Below, in pieces: positions 56,628 to 64,000 of a DNA stretch of 64,000 bases (its first letter is position 1; the number at the start of each line of letters is the position of its first letter). The notes beneath the pieces are model-generated. The model did no database searches. It saw nothing but the letters and a program-made list of their open reading frames with translations, and was not told where the DNA came from. This DNA comes from a bacterium (GTDB lineage: Bacteria > Patescibacteriota > Minisyncoccia > Phycocordibacterales > CAIZIN01). Made by a program: the position numbers and the translations under genes. Location of the stretch: contig JBAXQO010000003.1 of assembly GCA_037131675.1 (NCBI GenBank), forward strand, positions 2,487-66,486, written 5' to 3'.

Positions 56628-57836
56628 ATGTTATTTGTCTATAAAGCAGTTGATGCAAACGGATCAGATCAAAGTGGTTCGATTGATGCACTTAATGTTG
56701 ATGTTGCAATAAATTCACTTCAACGTAGGGGGTTTATTATTAAATCCATTAATGCAAAAGAAGAAACTGGTTCAATTTTACAAAAGAAGCTTTCAATATT
56801 TAACCCAATTTCAAACAAAGATGTTGTGGTTATGTCTCGACAGATTGCCACTCTTTTCGAGGCGCAAGTTTCAGCACTCCGAGTGTTTCGTCTTATAGCA
56901 AGTGAAACTACAAATCAAGCCCTTGCAGTTAAGCTCCAAGATATTGCAGATCTTTTGCAGGGAGGGGAATCTATTTCCAAGGCCATGGAAAAGCACTCAG
57001 ATGTTTTTACAGGTTTTTATATAAACATGGTGAAGGCAGGTGAAGAGTCTGGAAAGTTGGATCAAACCTTTGTATTTTTGGCAGACTACCTTGATCGTAA
57101 TTTTGAGGTTAGCACTAAAGCGAAAAACGCTCTTATCTACCCAGCCTTCGTTATTTTTACTTTCTTTTCTGTGATGGGGCTCATGCTTACTATGGTGATT
57201 CCAAAAATTTCGGGTATTCTCAAAGATTCTGGACAGGAAATTCCTGTATATACAAAAGTTGTTATGGGTCTATCAGATTTTCTTGTAAACTATGGAGTAT
57301 TCTTTTTGATCGTTCTTGTTATTGGTGCTTTTGTATTAATAAAGTATGTAAAATCAGATAGCGGAAAAGCTTCATTTGATGAATTCAAACTTTCTATTCC
57401 ATTTGTGGGGAATCTATACAAAACTTTGTACCTTTCGCGCATTGCGGACAACATGAACACAATGCTTACTTCAGGTATTGCTATGGTGCGCGTGCTTGAA
57501 ATAACAAAAGATGTTGTGGACAACAATACATACAACCGGGTTTTAAATGATGTTGTTGAAGATGTGCGTGGAGGTAATGCTGTTTCAGATTCAATGGCTC
57601 GACACAAAGAAATTCCTGGGATCATGACAGCGATGATGAAGATTGGGGAGGAGACTGGTAACCTTGGTGAGATTCTTTCTACGCTTGCAAAGTTTTATCG
57701 TCGTGAAGTTACAAACTCTATAGATACTCTTGTTGACCTTATTGAACCTGTAATGATTGTGGCTCTTGGTCTTGGTGTGGGTATTCTTCTCGCTTCTGTT
57801 CTTATTCCTATTTATAACGTATCATCTAGTTTCTAG
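56628..57836 (+). CDS. pilC: Type IV pilus platform protein PilC (GspF family)
   Basis: Two GspF repeats; ATG at 56628 (MLFVYKAVDANG) preferred over the TTG at 56610 that overlaps the hairpin. Confidence 0.85.
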   Translation: MLFVYKAVDANGSDQSGSIDALNVDVAINSLQRRGFIIKSINAKEETGSILQKKLSIFNPISNKDVVVMSRQIATLFEAQVSALRVFRLIASETTNQALAVKLQDIADLLQGGESISKAMEKHSDVFTGFYINMVKAGEESGKLDQTFVFLADYLDRNFEVSTKAKNALIYPAFVIFTFFSVMGLMLTMVIPKISGILKDSGQEIPVYTKVVMGLSDFLVNYGVFFLIVLVIGAFVLIKYVKSDSGKASFDEFKLSIPFVGNLYKTLYLSRIADNMNTMLTSGIAMVRVLEITKDVVDNNTYNRVLNDVVEDVRGGNAVSDSMARHKEIPGIMTAMMKIGEETGNLGEILSTLAKFYRREVTNSIDTLVDLIEPVMIVALGLGVGILLASVLIPIYNVSSSF

Positions 57837-58075
57837 AGGGTTAAAAATTAAACTATAAAAAACAAAAGATTTTTCCGAAGGAAAAATCTTTTGTTTTTGT
57901 ATTCTTATCCCACTCAATGCATAAGAGTCATATTTGGAGTTATCCACACTCTTAGCTAGTCGTATTATTCATAAACGCGGTATAATTAAGAACGCAGATA
58001 AAATATATAGGTGTCTCGAGCATCTTAAGTTTGCAGAATTATAAATAAGTTTTTAATAAACAAAATTTCATTCGA

Positions 58076-58561
58076 ATGAAAAAATATTCAAAAGGTTTTA
58101 CATTGATCGAACTCTTGGTGGTTATCGCCATCATCGGTATCCTTTCTTCAGTTGTGTTGGCTTCGTTGAACACAGCACGAAATAAAGGTAATGATGCTGC
58201 TGTAAAATCCCAATTGGCTTCTATGCGTGCGCAGGCAGAGATTTACTATGATTCAAATACTAACTATGGAGCTAACGCAACTCTAAATGCTACAGCTGTT
58301 ACTGGAACAGGTTGTGCTGCTCTAACTTCTACTCTTTTTGCTGATCCTACAATCAAAAATCAGGTTGCAGGTGCTGCAGGAGTAGGTCCTACTTATTGTT
58401 CTTTGGATGCTAATCCAGCAACAAAATGGGCAGTGGCAACAGTGCTTAAGAGTTCAAATACATCAGCTTGGTGTGTAGATTCTTCTGGTGCTTCAAAATT
58501 AGAAACTATCACAGCTAGTACGCCATCAACAGCAATTACAACTGCTGGAGTTTGTAACTAA
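58076..58561 (+). CDS. Type IV major pilin (prepilin)
   Basis: MKKYSKG-FTLIELLVVIAIIGILSSVVLASLNTAR. Confidence 0.85.
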   Translation: MKKYSKGFTLIELLVVIAIIGILSSVVLASLNTARNKGNDAAVKSQLASMRAQAEIYYDSNTNYGANATLNATAVTGTGCAALTSTLFADPTIKNQVAGAAGVGPTYCSLDANPATKWAVATVLKSSNTSAWCVDSSGASKLETITASTPSTAITTAGVCN

Positions 58562-58597
58562 GGTTTAAAACTCAGATATTTACTTGCTGGTTAATAT

Positions 58598-58636
58598 TTA
58601 AAACAAAACTCTCGTCACGAGAGTTTTGTTTTTTGT
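58598..58636 (+). terminator. Rho-independent terminator after pilin 1
   Basis: aaaactctcgtcacgagagttttgttttttg. Confidence 0.75.
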
Positions 58637-58646
58637 GGAATATTTA

Positions 58647-58655
58647 TGATACAAT
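58647..58655 (+). promoter_or_regulatory. Extended -10 TGATACAAT upstream of pilin 2
   Basis: tgatacaat. Confidence 0.45.
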
Positions 58656-58692
58656 AAAAGATAATAATTCTTATTAAATTATTATTATCTAA

Positions 58693-59103
58693 ATGAAAAA
58701 ATATTCAAAAGGTTTTACATTGATCGAACTCTTGGTGGTTATCGCCATCATCGGTATCCTTTCTTCAGTTGTGTTGGCTTCGTTGAACTCCGCAAGAACA
58801 AAAGCTAATGTAAATGGAGTAAAAGCAACAATGAAAGAGATGTTGAGTCAGTCTTCTATTTATTACGATTCACATAGTTATTCATACGGAAGCCCTTCAG
58901 ATTGTTCATCTGGAGTATTTTCAGATCCGGTTATACAGCAGGCCATTTCTTATATTAATACAAATGCGACATCAACTACATGTATTGGTACAAACGAAAA
59001 GTGGGCAATCTGGGCACAGCTTAAAGATGGTACCTACTGGTGTGTTGATTCAGTTCCAACAGAAAAAGTTAGCCATGATATTACAAACAGCATTTGTAAT
59101 TAA
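58693..59103 (+). CDS. Type IV major pilin paralog (first 96 nt identical to pilin 1)
   Basis: Same prepilin leader and N-terminal helix as the 58076 gene; divergent C-terminal domain. Confidence 0.85.
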   Translation: MKKYSKGFTLIELLVVIAIIGILSSVVLASLNSARTKANVNGVKATMKEMLSQSSIYYDSHSYSYGSPSDCSSGVFSDPVIQQAISYINTNATSTTCIGTNEKWAIWAQLKDGTYWCVDSVPTEKVSHDITNSICN

Positions 59104-59107
59104 AGAA

Positions 59108-59145
59108 AACAAAAACCCACGCCTATGGCGTGGGTTTTTGTTTTA
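59108..59145 (+). terminator. Rho-independent terminator after pilin 2
   Basis: aaaaacccacgcctatggcgtgggtttttgtttt. Confidence 0.75.
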
Positions 59146-59167
59146 TATCTGATATAATAATCTGCAT

Positions 59168-60001
59168 ATGTTATCTTTATTTTTCTTCTTTGCATTTTTG
59201 CTCGGTACTATCATTGGAAGTTTTTTAAATGTTGTTGCGCTTCGCTATGGTACACAGAAAAATCTAGGTGGGCGTTCATCATGTATGAGCTGTAAAAATA
59301 CTCTTTCGTGGTTTGAGCTTATACCTGTGGTAAGTTTTTGTACTCTTGGTGGAAAATGCAGGAACTGTAAAAGTAAAATATCATTCCAGTATCCTTTGGT
59401 TGAAATAGGGATGGGGATCTTGTTTGCTTTAACATATTTGAAATTTTTGCCGATGCTTATGGTTTCACCATTTGTATTTGCTTTTGTCTTTTCTTTTATT
59501 GTTGTGGTGTTTTCAATTCTTGTGGTTATTGTGGTCTATGACATTCATCACAAAATGATACCCAATCCTCTCGTGTATTGGTTTATAGGGCTTTCATTTC
59601 TATGGGTAATAATGCTTCGCGGTGTTCCAGGTATTTTCATGTTTCCTGCGGTTCTAGACTTGTTAGCTGGGCCTTTGATGGCTTTGCCTTTTGCGCTGCT
59701 TTGGCTTGTATCTTCAGGAAGGTGGATAGGTTTTGGTGACGCAAAGCTCGCTCTTGGTATTGGTTGGTTTTTGGGAATAGTGGGTGGAGTCTCGGCTATA
59801 GCACTTGGTTTTTGGATTGGGGCCGCGGTAAGTATTGTACTTCTTCTGCTTTCAAAATTTGGAAAAGGAAAAGGAAAAATAAAAATAACTCGCACTACAG
59901 AAATACCTTTTGCACCATTTTTAGTTTTCGGTCTTTTAATTGTTTTCTTTTTTAACTTTGATTTCTTCTATATAAGAGATTTAATCGCGTATGTATTCTA
60001 A
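59168..60001 (+). CDS. pilD: Prepilin peptidase (A24 family) PilD
   Basis: N-terminal CxxC...CxxC zinc finger (CMSCKN...CRNCKS); polytopic membrane protein. Confidence 0.8.
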   Translation: MLSLFFFFAFLLGTIIGSFLNVVALRYGTQKNLGGRSSCMSCKNTLSWFELIPVVSFCTLGGKCRNCKSKISFQYPLVEIGMGILFALTYLKFLPMLMVSPFVFAFVFSFIVVVFSILVVIVVYDIHHKMIPNPLVYWFIGLSFLWVIMLRGVPGIFMFPAVLDLLAGPLMALPFALLWLVSSGRWIGFGDAKLALGIGWFLGIVGGVSAIALGFWIGAAVSIVLLLLSKFGKGKGKIKITRTTEIPFAPFLVFGLLIVFFFNFDFFYIRDLIAYVF

Positions 60002-60677
60002 GAAAAAAATAAATAAAAATAGTGGTTTTTCGCTCGTTGAGCTTATGGTTGTTATAGGTATCATGGCAGTCATATCTGGTGTTTCTATTTTTAATTATGG
60101 AAAATTTTCTAGTACCTTAGTGGTGACAAACTTAGCATATCAAGCCGCTCTTGCAGTGCGTGAAGCTCAGGTGTACGGAATTTCGGTGAAACAAACAGGT
60201 ATGGGAACATCCGCCAACTTCAATTCTCCATATGGGGTTTGGTTCAGTACGGATGATCCATCCTTTCATCTTTTTTCGGATAGGGGTACTTTACCCAATA
60301 ATCAATATTCAATTGATGAAAATGAGGAAACATATGTATTGGGGGGCGGTAATAAAATTTCATATTTTTGCGTAACTTTTTCCAGTGGAAGATATTGCAG
60401 TAATGGAACACATGGCTTAAGTGCCATTTCTATAATTTTTAAGAGACCAGAGCCAAATGCTCTTATATATGGTTTTACTGGAAGTTCTGCATCTGGGTAT
60501 TTTGGTGTTGACGCTTCTAATCCAACCTTTAGTGATGCTCAGGTGATGTTCACTTCTGCTAAGGGTGATAAAATATCGCGTATAAACGTTACAAGCACGG
60601 GTCAAATATCGGTTAATTCCTGCAATAACGATGGGGCACACGATGTGCATAGTTGTCCAACAGAAACAAACTTTTAA
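59991..60677 (+). CDS. Minor pilin/pseudopilin
   Basis: KNSG-FSLVELMVVIGIMAVISG prepilin N-terminus. Confidence 0.7.
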   Translation: MYSKKKINKNSGFSLVELMVVIGIMAVISGVSIFNYGKFSSTLVVTNLAYQAALAVREAQVYGISVKQTGMGTSANFNSPYGVWFSTDDPSFHLFSDRGTLPNNQYSIDENEETYVLGGGNKISYFCVTFSSGRYCSNGTHGLSAISIIFKRPEPNALIYGFTGSSASGYFGVDASNPTFSDAQVMFTSAKGDKISRINVTSTGQISVNSCNNDGAHDVHSCPTETNF

Positions 60678-60678
60678 C

Positions 60679-61182
60679 ATGATAAACAAAAAAAAATCCC
60701 AAAAAGGTTTTACTCTTATTGAGATGATGGTCTCAGTTTCTATTTTTGCTATTGTTGTAATGATTTCCATGGGCGCTATTTTCACAGTTGTTGATTCAAA
60801 CAAAAAAGCACAGTCGTTGAAGTCTGTGATGAATAATCTGAACTTTGCCCTTGAAACCATGACAAGAACAATCAAGACAGGACAAATGCAGTCTTTTACT
60901 AGTGGGGGAAATACAATATCAACCCAAATTTTTGATCCTACTATTAGTAATGTAACATATACTTACAGAACAGATGCTAGTGGTGTGGGGTACGTTGAGC
61001 TTTCAAGGGATGGTGTTGTGTCTCGTATTACTGCCCCTGAAGTAAATATAACAAACTTGAAGTTTTACGGAGTAAAACCAATGGTGGTTATGGTGGTACA
61101 GGGGACTGTAAAACTAGATGAGCGTATAAGTTCAGATTTTAATATTCAAACCACTGTCACTCAGCGGCTTCCAAATAATTAG
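60679..61182 (+). CDS. Minor pilin/pseudopilin
   Basis: MINKKKSQKG-FTLIEMMVSVSIFAIVV; ATG at 60679 preferred over the overlapping upstream start. Confidence 0.7.
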   Translation: MINKKKSQKGFTLIEMMVSVSIFAIVVMISMGAIFTVVDSNKKAQSLKSVMNNLNFALETMTRTIKTGQMQSFTSGGNTISTQIFDPTISNVTYTYRTDASGVGYVELSRDGVVSRITAPEVNITNLKFYGVKPMVVMVVQGTVKLDERISSDFNIQTTVTQRLPNN

Positions 61183-61820
61183 TGATTATGAAATTTACTT
61201 CAAATAAAAAAGGATTTACCCAGACACCAACTTCTGTCTTAAAAGCTTTTTATCGATACCTTTCATCGCAGCATCACTCAATAAAACAGAATTTGGTGTC
61301 CGGGTTTACTCTTGTTGAAACACTTGTTGCTATTTCAATACTTATGCTTGCTGTTACTGGTCCAGTGTATTTTGCATCAGAAAGTTTGAAAGCTGCAATA
61401 TATGCTAGAGATCAAATTACTGCATTTTATCTTGCTCAAGATGCATTTGAACAGATTCGGGGGTTGAGAGTTAATAATATTGCTAATAATAGTCCGTGGC
61501 TAAATGGAATTTCTGGTGTGTGCGACAGTTTATGTAAAATTGATCCATATTCTAATTTGAACTCCAACTCTTATCCTTTGGCGTGTGGAAGTGATTGTGG
61601 ACAAATAAAAAAAACACTTGATGGTAGGTATGGTTATGGTTCTAATTCAGATTGGACTGATACGCCATTCAATAGATCTATCAAGGTAGAAACTACTGAA
61701 ACTGATAATGGTACACCACCATCAGCGACTGAGGTTAAAGTTACGGTAACAATTACCTGGAGATCCGGTACTATAGATAGAGTATTTACTGCTTATGAAT
61801 TTTTGCGTAACGTAAGCTAA
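61182..61820 (+). CDS. Minor pilin-like protein (start uncertain; a TTG/GTG at ~61297 would give a short leader)
   Basis: NLVSG-FTLVETLVAISILMLAV prepilin-like segment ~40 aa into the ORF. Confidence 0.6.
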   Translation: MIMKFTSNKKGFTQTPTSVLKAFYRYLSSQHHSIKQNLVSGFTLVETLVAISILMLAVTGPVYFASESLKAAIYARDQITAFYLAQDAFEQIRGLRVNNIANNSPWLNGISGVCDSLCKIDPYSNLNSNSYPLACGSDCGQIKKTLDGRYGYGSNSDWTDTPFNRSIKVETTETDNGTPPSATEVKVTVTITWRSGTIDRVFTAYEFLRNVS

Positions 61821-61867
61821 AATATGAGACAAAAAAGATTTACCCAGGCACCAACTTTTAGATAATT

Positions 61868-64000
<2,133 letters not shown>

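Noticed and set aside
58076-59103. Possibility that the repeated 96-bp pilin 5' ends are a CRISPR-like or tandem repeat array
   Set aside because: There are only two copies, each the in-frame start of a pilin gene with distinct downstream coding sequence and its own terminator. There are no short regularly spaced repeats, and I saw no CRISPR array anywhere in the window.

Overview
This window is AT-rich and compact. It looks like a Candidate Phyla Radiation (Patescibacteria-type) bacterium: ribosomal proteins carry N- or C-terminal extensions, S14 is the zinc type Z form, S5 is followed directly by L15 with no L30, and there is a dense type IV pilus/competence locus.

Layout, in order:
- 1-14.3 kb: the end of tuf, then an S10/spc/secY/adk/map ribosomal cluster. 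Internal terminators and promoters cut it into four units, and a secreted beta-helix repeat protein sits between rplE and rpsN.
- 14.4-22.5 kb: accessory genes. A 21-bp perfect hairpin, a hypothetical protein, a 924-aa HerA/VirB4/TraD-like ATPase, ndk, a candidate sRNA with its own promoter and terminator, and a 1097-aa lectin-bearing surface protein.
- 22.6-28 kb: a beta-CASP ribonuclease, a LOG-like protein, the infC-rpmI-rplT operon with dut-like and HU-like genes, a GC-rich structured non-coding region, and a NUDIX gene.
- 28.1-33.5 kb: an apparent mobile island. It carries a large serine recombinase whose 3' end abuts the 3' end of a tmRNA gene. smpB and ssrA are adjacent and the tmRNA tag reads ADLQFALA. 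The far end of the island carries an inverted, hairpin-interrupted copy of the ssrA 3' end.
- 34.3-49.7 kb: ftsH, an MFS transporter, tRNA-Ile(UAU), recG, tRNA-Ser(GCU), an SDR, an ABC exporter, a Cys-rich small protein, a Cas4-like nuclease, a pilin, ung, rarA and a methyltransferase.
- 49.8-62.5 kb: comF followed by pilM-N-O-(P)-B-REC-T-C, two major pilins with identical 96-bp 5' ends, pilD and four minor pilins carrying conserved inverted repeats at their starts.
- 62.46 kb to the end: a partial ligA.

I found no CRISPR arrays and no rRNA genes.
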